Shown here: positions 41,924 through 57,000 of the stretch, one piece after another
How positions within the stretch are numbered: the first letter of the stretch is position 1
How the letters are laid out: each line of letters begins with the position of its first letter
Assembly: GCA_951406725.2 (NCBI GenBank)
Contig: OX597821.1
Coordinates: forward strand, 77,376,001 to 77,440,000
DNA from: Octopus vulgaris
Taxonomy: Eukaryota
DNA: 64,000 nt
Direction: 5' to 3'
The notes under the pieces: generated by a model
Database searches by the model: none
What the model was told of the DNA's origin: nothing
What the model saw: the letters and a program-made list of their open reading frames with translations, nothing else
Program-made: the position numbers and the translations under genes

Positions 41924-42145
41924 TTCTTTTGAACGCATTGAGGGGACAGCTTATGAGAAGGGCAGGATAAGCCGTCTTGGGGCTGGCCATATTGGAGCAA
42001 TCTCAAGATTAATCAGCTGAAATTGCGAGGATGATCCGGTTCGCAATTTCAGCTGATTAATCTTGAGATTGCTCCAATATGGCCAGCCCCAAGACGGCTT
42101 ATCCTGCCCTTCTCATAAGCTGTCCCCTCAATGCGTTCCAAAGAA
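41924..42145. repeat. Perfect 98-bp-arm hairpin (12-nt loop)
   Basis: Arms at 41931-42028 and 42041-42138 are exact reverse complements, extendable by 6 bp after one mismatch. Confidence 0.95.
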
Positions 42146-42154
42146 CACACACAC

Positions 42155-42250
<96 letters not shown>

Positions 42251-42383
42251 GCGTGTGTGTATGTATATACCTGCATACATATGTATATATATATAAATAT
42301 ATAACGCTTTGAATGACACAACAATGCACTATAATACAAACAACGGACTATAATAAGTGTTGTAATTTAATCATCCATAGTTT

Positions 42384-42423
42384 GATGTGATATTTCGGAA
42401 TAAAAATTCCTTCTTCAGATATC
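42384..42423 (-). ncRNA. Degenerate minimal hammerhead motif inside a diverged inverted repeat (42308-42540)
   Basis: Minus strand: gatat CTGAAGA a ggaat-tttt-attcc GAAA ta TC acatc. Confidence 0.55.
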
Positions 42424-42587
42424 CCTAGGAATTGGTACATGCGCTTCTATAATCGGTTTTCAGAAAACTCTGGATGATTAAATTGCAATATCACTTATAG
42501 TCCATTGCTTGTATTATAGTACATTGCTGCGTCATTCAAAACATTTATTCTTTACAAACAATACACAATGCTTCAAGCGAACTACAA

Positions 42588-42637
42588 TTATATATATATA
42601 TATTCAAGCGAACTATATATATATATATATATATATA

Positions 42638-42697
<60 letters not shown>

Positions 42698-42735
42698 GCA
42701 TACATATATATATATATATACCTGTATATATATGC

Positions 42736-42805
<70 letters not shown>

Positions 42806-42844
42806 GTATATATATGCATATATATATATATATACCTGTATATA

Positions 42845-42882
<38 letters not shown>

Positions 42883-43028
42883 ATATATATACATATACAT
42901 GTATATATATATGTGTGTGTGTGTGTGTATACACATGTATATACATACACATTTATATATATACATGTATATATATATGTATGTGTGCGTATATATATAT
43001 GTATGCATCTATATATATATATGTATAT

Positions 43029-43078
<50 letters not shown>

Positions 43079-43120
43079 GTATGTATATATCATTCATGCA
43101 TACATACATTCATATACATG
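42588..43120. repeat. Degenerate (TA)n tract
   Basis: Direct reading of the sequence. Confidence 0.95.
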
Positions 43121-43604
43121 TAGCCGTGTGGTAAAAAGCTTAGACACAAACACACACACATTTTTCCCGCCCACCAAATTCACTGAGAACGCATTGGTCG
43201 TCTCAGGGCTAAAATGGCAGTCAGTATGTGACGGTGCCGAGCAATGGGACTGAATTGGAAGCTATGTGATTGCAAACTGATCTTCTGAACCAAAATAAAG
43301 AAAAATAAAATTGTCTGAAACCAAACCCGTAAGCAATGCCACGTTCAAGATTCCAATTAGTAATATCTCTACATTAAATATTTACACATCATTTTTGTAT
43401 TGAGTACTTTCTTCCGTGATGGCTAATTGGAGTAGTAATTAACGTCGCTTATATAATTTACTGCAGACTCGAGGTTCGATCTCTGTAGGCAGGGTTACAA
43501 ATTTTTTACGTCTTCTGTAAATGTTGTGCATGTGTGCGTGCGTGTGTGTGTGTGTGTGTCTGTGTGTGTGTGTGTGTGTGCGTGTATGTAATTATATTAG
43601 TTTT

Positions 43605-44001
43605 AAACTTTTGGTACAAAACCCGCTATTTTCCGGGAAGGGGGTAAATCGATTGCATCGACGCCAGTGCTCAACTGGTATTTATTTAATCGACTCCGAA
43701 AAGATAAAGGGCAAAGTTGACGACCCTGGCGGAATTTGAACTCAGAACATAAAAACAGACAAAATACCTATTTCTTTACTACCCACAAGAGGCTAAACAC
43801 AGAGAGGACAAACAAGGACAGACAAACGGATTAAGTCGATTATATCGACTCCAATGCGTAACTGGTACTTATTTAATCGACCCCGAAAGGATGAAAGGCA
43901 AAGTCGACCCTGCGCGGAATTTGAACTCAGAACGTAACGGCAGACGAAATACCGCTAAGCATTTCACCCGGCGTGCTAACGATTCTGCCAGCTTACCGCC
44001 T
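43605..44001 (-). mobile_element. SINE family B, dimeric form
   Basis: Two consecutive GAATTTGAACTCAGAAC cores joined by the family tail; same arrangement as 55098-55478. Confidence 0.82.
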
Positions 44002-44214
44002 GTATATGTCAGCATATTACAACATGTTGGCTAGTAAACGATAAAAAGAAAGGAAAGCTCCATGTTTATAAATTAAGCACAACTGTAAACAAATTCTACA
44101 AATGCCAACAACAACAAAGCAAAAAAAAATTTTAAATATAAAAAAAGACAATGAAATTTTGTTTGTTGTTTATTTTATTTTCGTTATTGATTATTTCTAA
44201 AGTTGAAATTTTGT

Positions 44215-44649
44215 GATATTGTAATCGTTGCTGTCGTCAACACCGTCATCACTGCCATAGTAATCGTTATCGTCATCGGCATCATCATCAACATCATCAT
44301 CATCATCATCAGCCGCCGTCATCCGCATCGTCGTCGTCGTCGTTGTCGTCGTTATTATCATCATCATAATCTGGAGTGTCATCGTCGTCAACAACATTGT
44401 CGTCATCATCGTTATCATCATCATCATCATCATCATTATCATCATTGCCGTCGTTATCCTCCTCCTCCTCCCCCTCCTCCTCATCATCATCATCGTCGCC
44501 GTCGTTATCATCATCATCATCATCGACGTCGTTATCATCATTATCATCATCATTGACGTCGTTATCATCATCATCATCATCACTGACGTCGTTATCATCA
44601 TCATCATCATCATTGACGTCGTTATCATCATCATCGACGTTGTTATCAA

Positions 44650-44700
<51 letters not shown>

Positions 44701-44711
44701 TATCATCATCG

Positions 44712-44742
<31 letters not shown>

Positions 44743-44783
44743 AATCGCCGTCGTTATCATCATCATCATTATCATCATCGTCG

Positions 44784-44821
<38 letters not shown>

Positions 44822-44955
44822 GCCGTCGTTATCATCATCATCATCATCATCATCATCGCCGTCGTTATCATCATCATCATCATCATCATCATCGTTATCA
44901 TCATCATCGCCGTCGTTATCATCATCATCACCATCGTCATCATCATCATCCATCA
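44215..44955. repeat. (ATC)n trinucleotide array with recurring GCCGTCGTT/GACGTCGTT interruptions
   Basis: Direct reading of the sequence. Confidence 0.95.
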
Positions 44956-45269
44956 GCAAAACTAAGAGACCCAGCTGTTGGTTCAAAACATGCTCTTAAT
45001 TATTCCATGAATATTGCTTATACACAACACGTGAAGGCGATTACGCATACACACAGACTAGCACACACACACACACACACACAATATATGAATACATATA
45101 AACAAATTGGGTAATGTGTTATACTAATATCAACATACACACACACACACTTACATACAAGCACACAGACTCACACTCATGTGAGCAAATATTTGTACCG
45201 TATATTAACATTATTTCTTTTTATATACATTTGTATACTTATGTTTGTGTGTATGTGTATACACACATA

Positions 45270-45272
45270 CAC

Positions 45273-45311
<39 letters not shown>

Positions 45312-45642
45312 GCATGTATGTTTATATATTTATGTATGTATGAATATTTATATGTGTGCTTTGGTGTGTGTATATATATATAAATGTATATATATGTATA
45401 TATATATATGTATATATATATTTATGTATATATATATGTGTATGTATATATATATCATATGTATATATATATATGTATATATATGTATATATATAGTATA
45501 TGCATATATATATATATATATATATGTAGTATATGTATATATTTGTATATATAATATATATATATATATGTATATATGTATATATATATATAATATATGT
45601 ATATATGTATATATATATATGTATGTATATATATATATATAA

Positions 45643-45684
<42 letters not shown>

Positions 45685-46444
45685 GTATTTATATAATATA
45701 CATATATGTATATATGTATATATATGTATAATATGTATATATGTATATATATATATATATACATACATGGATCTATGTAAAAATGTTAGCATATATGGGT
45801 ATAGATATATATATATACATATATATAATATATACATATATAAATATAAATATATATACACACACATCTATAAATACAAATATATATACGTGTGTATGTG
45901 TATTTGTACATGCATATATACATACGTACATACATATATGCATATCCATGTGTATATATGTGTGTGTGTGTGTGTGTGTGTCTATGTATGTGTATGTGTG
46001 TGTGTGTATGTGTGTACATATACACGAATATCCATACATACATATAAATATATACATATACACATATACCCATAGCCATAGTCAGCACATTTCTAATGGT
46101 TCTCTATATTTGCTAAAAGTCTAAGAATTAAGCGTGCGCTAACCTAAATTTCTTCCTCAAGAACCATTTAAGATGCGATTTAGTTTGGAGCGGGAAGGGA
46201 TGTTATGGTTGGGTGTTTGTTTGTGTGGTTGTTTATTTTGCTTTTATACTTGACAGATGAATAAAAACATTACATATATGCATACATACATGCACACACA
46301 CACATAGATACATACATTACATACATACACACAGATATACAAACATATAGCCATACATATACACATTCGTATATGTATGTACTTATATATATATATATAC
46401 ATATATATATATACATATATATATATATACATATATATATATAC

Positions 46445-46475
<31 letters not shown>

Positions 46476-46510
46476 CATATATATGTACATATATATATAT
46501 ACATATATAC

Positions 46511-46584
<74 letters not shown>

Positions 46585-46600
46585 TGTATATGTGTGTGTA
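45270..46600. repeat. Long degenerate (TA)n/(TATG)n region
   Basis: Direct reading of the sequence, with a short unique interruption at ~46070-46260. Confidence 0.9.
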
Positions 46601-47344
46601 TACACTCACTTTCACCACCATCTTCCCAGCACACACACATACACACACACGTGCAAATATATAAAAGTAATATAGACAATATAAATGATATAAACATTTT
46701 GTCCTTATAACGTATATGTTGAGGTAAGTGTGTGTATGTGTGTGTGTGTGTGTGTCTGTATGTATGTATGTGTGTCTGTCTGCATGTGTGTGTACGTGAG
46801 TGAACATACAGTGATGCTTAATGTCCTGCTGTTAGATGTAATTAATTGTCTTCCAAACAAATTTCCATTTCCCACTTTTATATATGACCAAACTAGTTGC
46901 TTCTTTTATTTTTTTATCCATTTTTTCTAGTATTTATTTCATACGAGAACACTTAAGCGAACGCTTATGCTTATGTGCCTATATGTATACTGCAGGAAAA
47001 ACAGACTATACATTCGTATGAATATGACCATGTATATATATACATATATATATATATATACCAACCGCTGGCAATGTATAAAATTTGCTATCCTACAATA
47101 TATACTAAGAAATCTATGTATGAATGAACTCCTACATTTTTTTCTGGACGTATACGTATATGTATATATCTATAACTATATATAAACACACATGCTTATA
47201 TATATTCCGGCGCATACAAAAGCATCACACACACACGTGTGTGTGTGTGTGTGTGTTCATATAAACCTAAATGTACATATATGTATGTATATATGTATGT
47301 ATACATATGTATATATTTATATATGTATGAAACATATAGCTATC

Positions 47345-47731
<387 letters not shown>

Positions 47732-48063
47732 ATTTATAAGTATGGGTATATTTATATATGAGTATATTTGAATATATCCATGTATATATTATTGTTGTTG
47801 TTGCTGTTGTTGCTATTATTATAAAAACCCCAATAAGAGCTGTGTGTAATTTCTGTTTGAAATTTTCATTTATGCTGTTCATCAAACTGATGAAAGCAAA
47901 ACGGTTTATCAACTGCGTTCGATGTAATCGAAGTGTGAATGAGCAGCACGCAGATTTAGAAAAGAGACGGAGAGCAATGAAGGGGAGATAATTAACTGAA
48001 CGGGAAATAATAAGTTGTGCTTTACGAGTATGAAAAAATTGCATAAACTAACGCTGGAATGAG

Positions 48064-48390
48064 TTATGGTGAGTTTCGATAGTTCGCTGAGATATATTTT
48101 GCAAAATGTGGACATGGTGAAAAAATCTCGTTTCTGGTATTTATACAGTCCCAGGAGGATCTTAAGTTTTTTTTTAAATATAGTTTTTCAAGCGAGCATA
48201 TAGAGCATCATTTTTGACCTGTTAATATAAGGTTTTGTCTTACAAAGAATCTTCTATTTGATGCTGTAGGTGATGTTCTCGTTCTTAAGTCTCCAGATTA
48301 ATGCTGAGAGAGCTGTTGCATGTTTCTTCTCGAGGTGTGTAAAGGTAGAAAGATAGTAGTTGAATCTTGAATCTTCCTCCCATCTAGTTT
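48064..48390 (-). mobile_element. Penelope-like element GIY-YIG endonuclease C-terminal pseudogene fragment
   Basis: Minus-strand translation across a stop and frameshifts: RFNYYLSTFTHLEKKHATALSALIWRLKNENITYSIK*KILCKTKPYINRSKM/CSICSLEKLY...NTRNEIFSPCPH. This matches the PLE pattern T-x-LS-x-x-IW-x-LK...W-x-I...CxxC-x-x-EK...N-x-R-x-E-I-x-x-x-C-x-H. Confidence 0.82.
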
Positions 48391-48878
48391 GTAAGAAAAG
48401 GTCTCGCAATATTTCATCGTTCTACACTCCTTCCTCCTTGAAAGTTAAGAAAAGATAGAGGCTAAAGATTCTTACTCTTACACACAAACGCGCGCACGCA
48501 CATATATATATGGATGTATGTGTGTATGTAGGTATTTATGTATATCCAAGTATGTACACACACATACATATATATACATGCACACACACATAAATATATA
48601 TATGTATATGTGTGTGTATAGGCGCAGAAGTGGCTACGTGCTAAGTACCTTCCTTACTAGCCATATGGTTCCTGGTTCAGTCCCACAGTGTGGCACCTTG
48701 CGCAAGTGTCTTCTACTATAGCCTCGGTCCGACCAAAGCCTTGTGGGTGGATTTGGTAGACGGAAACAGAAAGAAGCCTGTCGTATTTATACATGCATAT
48801 ATATATATATATATATATAGGTGTTTGTGTCAGGCGGAACTCAGAGTGGCAAGAAGCTAATTCGACAAGAATAAAAAC

Positions 48879-48926
<48 letters not shown>

Positions 48927-48936
48927 CGTGCGTGCA

Positions 48937-49009
<73 letters not shown>

Positions 49010-49529
49010 TAGCGCGCGTTTGAATATATTTTTTTAAAGCCAAAACAGTGTAAGTTGAAAAAAATACAGGTCCATGGTTAGTACTATTACCTGCTATTTC
49101 AATATTTTTAATTTTTTAACTTACATCGTTTTGGCTTTAAAATATATATATATATATTTAAAGCATTTATATATATTATCATGCTATGAGTCTTCCATGG
49201 TAGCTTTTTCTCCGTAACTTACAAAGTTTTTCTGGTCTGTTTACAAATATCATATGTAGTATTAGACAGTTTAAGTATATATTGGCCGAAACTGATGAGT
49301 GAGTGTCTGGCCCAATCGGATGCGCAAGGAGTCATGTTAGCGTTGATGTGTGGGTTCGATTCTGGTTAGGGTTAGCTCATCATTTTTCGGTCATTTGTTT
49401 TGTATTTAAAATTTGTCGCTTCAAATCGGAGAATATATATTATTATGATGTATTATTATACAGTTATTATTATACTATGAGTCTTCCATAGTAGCTGCCT
49501 TACAAAGCCTTTCTGGTTTGATTATAAAT

Positions 49530-49601
<72 letters not shown>

Positions 49602-49604
49602 GTT

Positions 49605-49795
49605 AATGTAATATGTGACAATTATTCGATAGCCATGATAAAACTCCGAGTTTCGGATGCCGAGGTGGAAATCCACGCCGCCATCTCTTTTCCCGATGGC
49701 CAGACAACTGAAGAGATGGCGGCGTGGATTTCCACCTCGGCATCCGAAACTCGGAGTTTTATCATGGCTATCGAATAATTGTCACATATTACATT
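49605..49795. repeat. Perfect 85-bp-arm inverted repeat (21-nt loop)
   Basis: Arms at 49605-49689 and 49711-49795; follows a (TA)n tract. Confidence 0.95.
49703..49763 (+). ncRNA. Type I hammerhead ribozyme motif overlapping the loop and right arm
   Basis: gacaa CTGAAGA gatg..gtgga-tt-tccac..catc c GAAA ctc-g-gag TT ttatc. Helix I has one mismatch; the triplet is GUU. Confidence 0.65.
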
Positions 49796-49869
49796 TACAG
49801 ATAAATTCCTCTATTTACATAATATCGCGGTCCCTTTCTTTCTTTTGTTGTCCTACCAGTTTTATCAAC

Positions 49870-49980
<111 letters not shown>

Positions 49981-50129
49981 ATTATTCATTTCTGCTCTAC
50001 CTTCGTCCATCCTCACCTTGAATACTGTTGCCCGCTGTCGACTCTCTGCACAAAATAAAATACAATTAAAACCAAGGTACCTCAGAGATCAATCACAAAA
50101 TCACTTGTCAAGTCTTGATTATTAAAATC

Positions 50130-50410
50130 GATTGGAGAAGTTCAGATTTTATTCCTTGCAACACTGCTGTGAGCGATACACCATTTGTATGATATGGAAA
50201 ATAATAATGATATCAATGGTTTTGATATCAACTTTAAAATTCACTCAAGGCTTGGTCTTCGTGCCGTTCATCCTCTACATCATGTCAAGGATGGAACCCT
50301 CCCAAAAATTCCAGATAAACCACCTACACCCGCATATATCTCGGCAAACAACAACTCTTTACTCAAATGTGTTATGGTGTCCAAAGAATGACTGTAATGT
50401 GCAACATTAT
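50130..50410 (+). mobile_element. Highly degraded LINE reverse-transcriptase fragment
   Basis: FTQGLVFVPFILYI (compare PQGSVLGPLLFILYI) followed in another frame by YISANNNSLLKCV (compare YADDTxL). Confidence 0.4.
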
Positions 50411-50450
50411 TAAATGTCTTTTTTCCAGGTGGTGCTATTAAGTTGGTCAT

Positions 50451-50748
50451 TGTTTTGTTGTTTGTTCCTTCTCGAGTCAGGTCTGGCTCATAAGGGCCGG
50501 TTTCCCGGTTTCCTTAGCGTATAGGTTCCCCACCTGGACGGGACGCCGGTCCGTCGCAGGTGAGCTGCTAGATGCAAGAGGAAAGAGTGAGAGAAAGTTG
50601 TAGCGAAAGAGTCAGCAGAGTTCTGCCGGAGCCGCGTGGAGCTTAGGTGTTTTGCTCATAAACACATACATCGCCCGGTCTGAGATTCGAACCCGCGATC
50701 CGTCGACCGCGAGTCCGCTTCTCTAACCACTAGGCCATGTGTCTCCAC
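50451..50748 (-). mobile_element. tRNA-SINE (family C-like head, variant tail) with near-perfect 11-bp TSD
   Basis: AAGTTGGTCAT at 50440-50450 and AAGTTAGTCAT at 50749-50759; A-box TGGCCTAGTGG; B-box GGTTCGAATCT. Confidence 0.82.
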
Positions 50749-51401
50749 AAGTTAGTCATGGCCAAGGCCATTTCTGGCCGAAACTCATCTAAGTATCTAA
50801 GCATATATGCATGCACGCACGCACGCACACACACGCGCGCGCGCGCGCGCATAAAGATTGCAATAATTAATGTGATGTCAGTTGCAAATATGCTATCTTT
50901 AAGATAGTGAGTTCGCACTTGAGTATAAAATAATATTATATCTATCATTGTATAATTGTGACAACTGTAAGGAGAATGCTGAATTTTTAACAATAAGCTC
51001 CATCATATAGATAATGGTTTAATCATTTCTTTTTTTTTTTATGTAGATAATGGTTTATTCATATTTCGAAAGTCTTGAATCCTACCCGTGAGAAGAGAAG
51101 CTGGATGAGTAGCTGTAGAACAGATGCAGAGCCAATACAACCTGACAGTAATATAAGCGGAGAACTAGATGTGAGGCCCTGATAAAAACTGCATTTATCA
51201 CGTGACAACGCAAAAATTTCAAAATAGCGCCTCCTACTTCACTCTTGAGAAAATCTCTTGGTAAAATCCCGTGTCGGGAGACAGAGAGAGAGAGGGAGTA
51301 GAGAGGGGGTGAGAGTGGGTTAGGAGAGGGAGATATTAAATGACAGAGTGAGTGAGTGAGTGAGTGAGTGGGAGCTAAGAAATATTTTCAAATTCTATAT
51401 A

Positions 51402-51725
51402 GGCGCAGGCATGGCTGTGTGGTAAGAAGTTTACTTCCCAACCTCATGGTTCCGAGTTCAGTCCTACTGTGTGGAAACATGGGCAAGTGTCATCTACTAT
51501 AGCCCTGACCTGACCAAAACCTTGTGAGCGGATTTGGTAGGCGGAAACTGAAAAAGAACCGTCATGTGTGTCTTCCATCACCGCTTGGCGGCCGGTATTG
51601 GATAGTTTACGTTCCTGTAACTTAGCGTTTCGGTAAAATAACCCGATAGAATAAGAATAAAGCCCCTCAAGGCGGTGCCCCAGAATGGCCACATTCTAAT
51701 GACTAAAACAAGTAAAAGAGAAAAA
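51402..51725 (+). mobile_element. SINE family A, diverged copy (an inverted 5' half follows at 51808-51963)
   Basis: Family head and tail are recognisable. Confidence 0.8.
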
Positions 51726-51981
51726 ATAAAAATGGATTTGATATCTGGACATCAAATTGTTAATATAATTCTTGGATTGTGTGTGTGGGTATATATATAC
51801 ACATATATACGACAGGCTTCTTTCAGTTTCCGTCTACCAAACCCACTAACAAGGCTTTGGTTGGCCCGAGGCTATAGTAGAAGACACTTGCCCAAGGTGC
51901 CACGCAGTGGGACTGGACTTGAAACCATGTAGTACGTAAGTAAGCTACTTACCACACAGCCACTACACACACTCACACACA

Positions 51982-52034
<53 letters not shown>

Positions 52035-52038
<4 letters not shown>

Positions 52039-52187
52039 GTGGCCAAAAGTTTGGAACATAGGTCTGAAAACAAGAATTTTCATATTAAATGCTCAGATAT
52101 ATACGTTGTATATATTTGAATCGAATTGTACTTGGGCATAACAATTTTAACTTTTAAAAGAAATGTTCCAAACTTTTGGCCACGTCT
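52035..52187. mobile_element. Small Tc1-type MITE
   Basis: Perfect 21-bp inverted repeats GTGGCCAAAAGTTTGGAACAT at 52039-52059 and 52163-52183. Confidence 0.75.
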
Positions 52188-52531
52188 TTGAGTAATAATA
52201 TATTTGTGTATATATATATATGTTTGTGTGTGTGTGTGTGTGCGTGTGTGTGTATGCATAGTCAATTCAATGAACAAACAATTCAAAAACCGAATAAAAA
52301 ACGAAAAGAGGGGAAAAAACGAACGTGGGGACGTACACAAGAATTATATTAGTTTTACGCTCGGTGAAAGCAGAGGGTTTTTTAATGCTTTGAGCATTGG
52401 CTCTTTGTCGGAAAGGAGAAAGGGAAAAGTCTAAAGAAGGAGAAAGCGAATCTCCACCGGCTCACGTGGGAATACATGTGGGCTAACGCAAGAATCTTTA
52501 TTATTATTTTTATTGAAATCAAATTCTCCAA

Positions 52532-52725
52532 AGGCGGCGAGCTGGCGGAATCGTTAGCACGCCGGGCGAAAATGCTTAGCGGTATTTCAAATTCCGTCGA
52601 GGTCGACTTTGCCTTTCATCTTTTCAGGGTCGATAAATTAAGTACCAGTAAACACTGGGGTCGATGTAATCGACTAGTCCCCTCCCCACAAACTTCAGGC
52701 CTTGTGCCATTACTAGAAAGGATAT
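52532..52725 (+). mobile_element. SINE family B
   Basis: GGCGGCGAGCTGGCGGAATCGTTAGC head and MetaSINE-like core. Confidence 0.82.
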
Positions 52726-52909
52726 TAAATACTCCAGGAAACCTATTTGGTTAAAGGTATTGTATTTAGAATAATCCTACGGAATATATCTGTAAATTCA
52801 TATGAAAGAAAATTATTACTGGATTTATAAACTAATCGTTGAATAACCTGTTTTAAGTACTTAGCTGTGAGCAAACTAGTAAACCTTTGGAGAAATCCCT
52901 GACTAATTA

Positions 52910-52971
<62 letters not shown>

Positions 52972-53069
52972 TGTATGATTAATTTATGGAATGAAGTTCT
53001 ACAAAATCCAATCATATTTGTCAAAAATGGAGGAGATAAGATGTTAAAAAGTTGTATGAAGTGTATTCA

Positions 53070-53143
53070 TGTATACAATTGTTTCGTACATAGATATAAA
53101 TTTCTATTTGAATTTGAAAATTATCAGAGTACTCATCAGTGCA
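53070..53143 (-). ncRNA. Type I hammerhead ribozyme motif (PLE type)
   Basis: Minus strand: tgca CTGATGA gtac...gtac GAAA caattg TA taca. Palindromic helix III, GUA triplet, one mismatch in helix I. Confidence 0.7.
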
Positions 53144-54924
53144 GAGAGAAAATAATAATAGGAACTTAAAAAAAGAGTAGAGAAGTTGAATCTACGACTT
53201 TCCTGTTTGTCTGTTCCTCTCTATGTGAGATAGTGTGTGTGTGTGCACGACTGGCTTCCACAATTTCCGTCGACCAAATTTACTCACAAGGGATCACTTA
53301 GCCCGTGACTATAGCAGAAGGTACTTGCCCAAGCTGTTGTATTCAAAGCGAGCTTCCTAACAACACCAGTTTTGTATAATATTATAAAATGGTTACTTTT
53401 GTTTTTAATCAAAATTAGTGGGATCCAAGTATATTGAAGTTGTTATTACATGCTCTGCTTAATGTTATCAGCAAATTGTTATTAATTAAACGTTTGCGTT
53501 TCAAAGTGATAACCAGAAGCAGCCTCTGTTCTGTTCGCATCCACATTTCGAGCGATTCCATTTTTGATCTTCATAAGGTGCCTTATTTCTGGATGCTTAT
53601 ATACCCACAGACCGGAATCGAATTCGAAACCTTAATTTGTAAGCTAAGCCTATTAAGGTCGAGCAGATGTATTAGGTCACTAAGGTATATGTCTGTGTAA
53701 GAGATAGACATGCTAGGAGGCGAATTGACAAATCTGTTCGAATGCAGAAGAAAATGTCTTACGATATTCGTTTTAAGGCGCTGCGCTCTGACTTCAGATT
53801 CCACCGGGGTCATCTTTTTGATTCAATACTTCAACACATTGTTGACTTTTTGCCTCCTCAATAGGCAGGATATGATTTGTTATTAAAAATGTTATCAGAT
53901 TCAATAAAATGTTTAATTTTTTCAGTTTTCATGTTTATTAAATTTTTCATTTTTTGTATTGTTTTTTGTCTGTTTTATTGCGGGTTAAACACTTTTTTTA
54001 GTTGAGGGAGATAACCAAAATCACCGATATTTTTCATAAAACGGGGTGAGATAACCCAATTTTTTAATGGAGGTGACATAACGAAAAGTACCGAAATTAA
54101 AGCTGTCTTAATTAAGTCAATGAAAATTAGCCTTCTTTATCCGGGACACAGGAATACGAAATATAGGCATTTTATAGACATGGTCAGTCAAGGAAAAGAA
54201 GCAGTAGTTAAAAGAAATTGCATAAGAACATTATTTTTGGAACAGACTTTTAGATCAAAGAAACGCTCATCGCCAGGAGGCGTTTGTCTGGCTTACTTCG
54301 CTATTAATCCAGATGGATAAACCTAAAGACAAAAAGAAAAATGAAAAGAACTCAACAAAGTCAAAGAAGAAAGGATCCTTTAAAAGCGAACGATATTCTT
54401 GATAAAGCAGTTCACTGGAGTTGTTTCAGTCTGTGATTTTTGACTGTTCTGTTTTGCAACGCTTCACTGATTTTGTCCAGCCCTTGCGTATTAAACCCCG
54501 ACTGAGCATATCATAGATTATACAGCTGTTGGAATAACAGCTGAGCGGTTTTTTTCCCCTCTCCACTTCCCCGTTTTTCCTCTTTTACACAATCTACGAG
54601 ATGGACAGCTTAACGAGCATTCCCGCTGCACGTCACACTGGCTGCTTCTCTACAGGTTATTCATCCTAAGCAGTTTGCAGTCGTTTCTGTGTAACAGACA
54701 CAGCAATAGATTTATATTTTTACACAGGCACAAGACCAAATGCTTTTCCAAAAACTAAGAAGTGACAATATTTCATTCATTTGGCCTCGGCATGTTAATC
54801 CTAATTATTTCATCGACCCGTACGGTGATGAAAAGTAACTTCAACTCTAAAGATAGCAGACATTGGGGTTAGAAGAACGTGACAAAAATAATTATTTAAT
54901 CAGGCGCTTTATAATTTTGTTTCT

Positions 54925-55815
<891 letters not shown>

Positions 55816-56119
55816 TGTTGTTGTTGTTGTTGTTGTTATTTTATCACTTTTCCATCGATGAACTATGCTGTCAGATGTTATCTCAAGAATGTCCACTGAA
55901 GGTATTACACTGTGGCCATGCTGGGGCCACAGAGATAGTCAATTGCATTGAATACAATTGTTTCACCGTCTTTAGAAAGATGAAGGGCAACAAGTGCGTG
56001 GGTAAGATTCGAGTTTTTATTGGACGTAAACGAATACTATAAGAAGGGATCTTTTTCAACGCTCTCCCGACTCTGCCATCCAGCGGACTTTTGCCTCAGT
56101 GATGAAGCTAACATTTTAA

Positions 56120-56460
56120 GCGCAGGCAGGCGTGGCTCTGTGGTAAGAGGTTTGCTTCCCAAACACATGGTTCCAGGTTCAGTTCCACTGCATGGCGCCT
56201 CGGGCAAATGTTTTTTGGTAAGGCCACTGGTCGACGGAAACTGAGAGAAATCCGTCGAATGTGAGTTTATGTGTGTTTGTGTGTATTATGTGTGTGTGTG
56301 TGTGTGTACGTCTGTGTGTCTGCATTTATCCCCCGCCACTGCTTCATAATGGTGCTAGTGTATTTACGTCCGTGTAACTTAGCGGTTCAGCAAGAGAGAC
56401 CGATAGAAAACATACTAGACTTTAAAAGAAAATAAGTTGTTGGGTCGATTCATTCTGCTT
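56120..56460 (+). mobile_element. SINE family A, diverged
   Basis: Family head and body are recognisable. Confidence 0.72.
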
Positions 56461-56521
56461 CGACCACAAAACTGTGCCCCGGTTGTCAAGCAGTGGCGGA
56501 AACAACAGAGATAATACCCCC

Positions 56522-56563
<42 letters not shown>

Positions 56564-56578
56564 ATATATATTATAATA

Positions 56579-56629
<51 letters not shown>

Positions 56630-56639
56630 TGATGATAAT

Positions 56640-56721
<82 letters not shown>

Positions 56722-56724
<3 letters not shown>

Positions 56725-57000
56725 GGGAATATAATTCCAAACTTACAAGGAAAAATTCAATTTAGCAATTCCAAATCAAATTTCACAAAATATTTAAATT
56801 ATGTATATAATTAAGAGAAATAACCTCTATTAATTAATTCAATAGTGAAAGACTTTATATTATATAGAAAAAAAATTAATATACTATAATAAATATTATT
56901 CAAAAAATCACTAAATTAAATAAACATGTTTATTTAATTTAGTGATTTTTTTAATAATATTTATTATATTTAAATTTTTCTATATGATATAAAGTCTTTC
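56722..57000. mobile_element. Truncated copy of the 6260/30540 family ending in a ~150-bp imperfect palindrome
   Basis: TAGGGAATATAATTCCAAACTTACAAGG start; palindrome 56847-57000 centred on AACATGTT at 56923-56930. Confidence 0.65.

Noticed and set aside
44197-44986. Poly-Asp, poly-Met, poly-His or poly-Ser protein (for example an acidic shell protein)
   Set aside because: This is an (ATC)n microsatellite open in several frames, with no signal peptide or credible exon boundaries.
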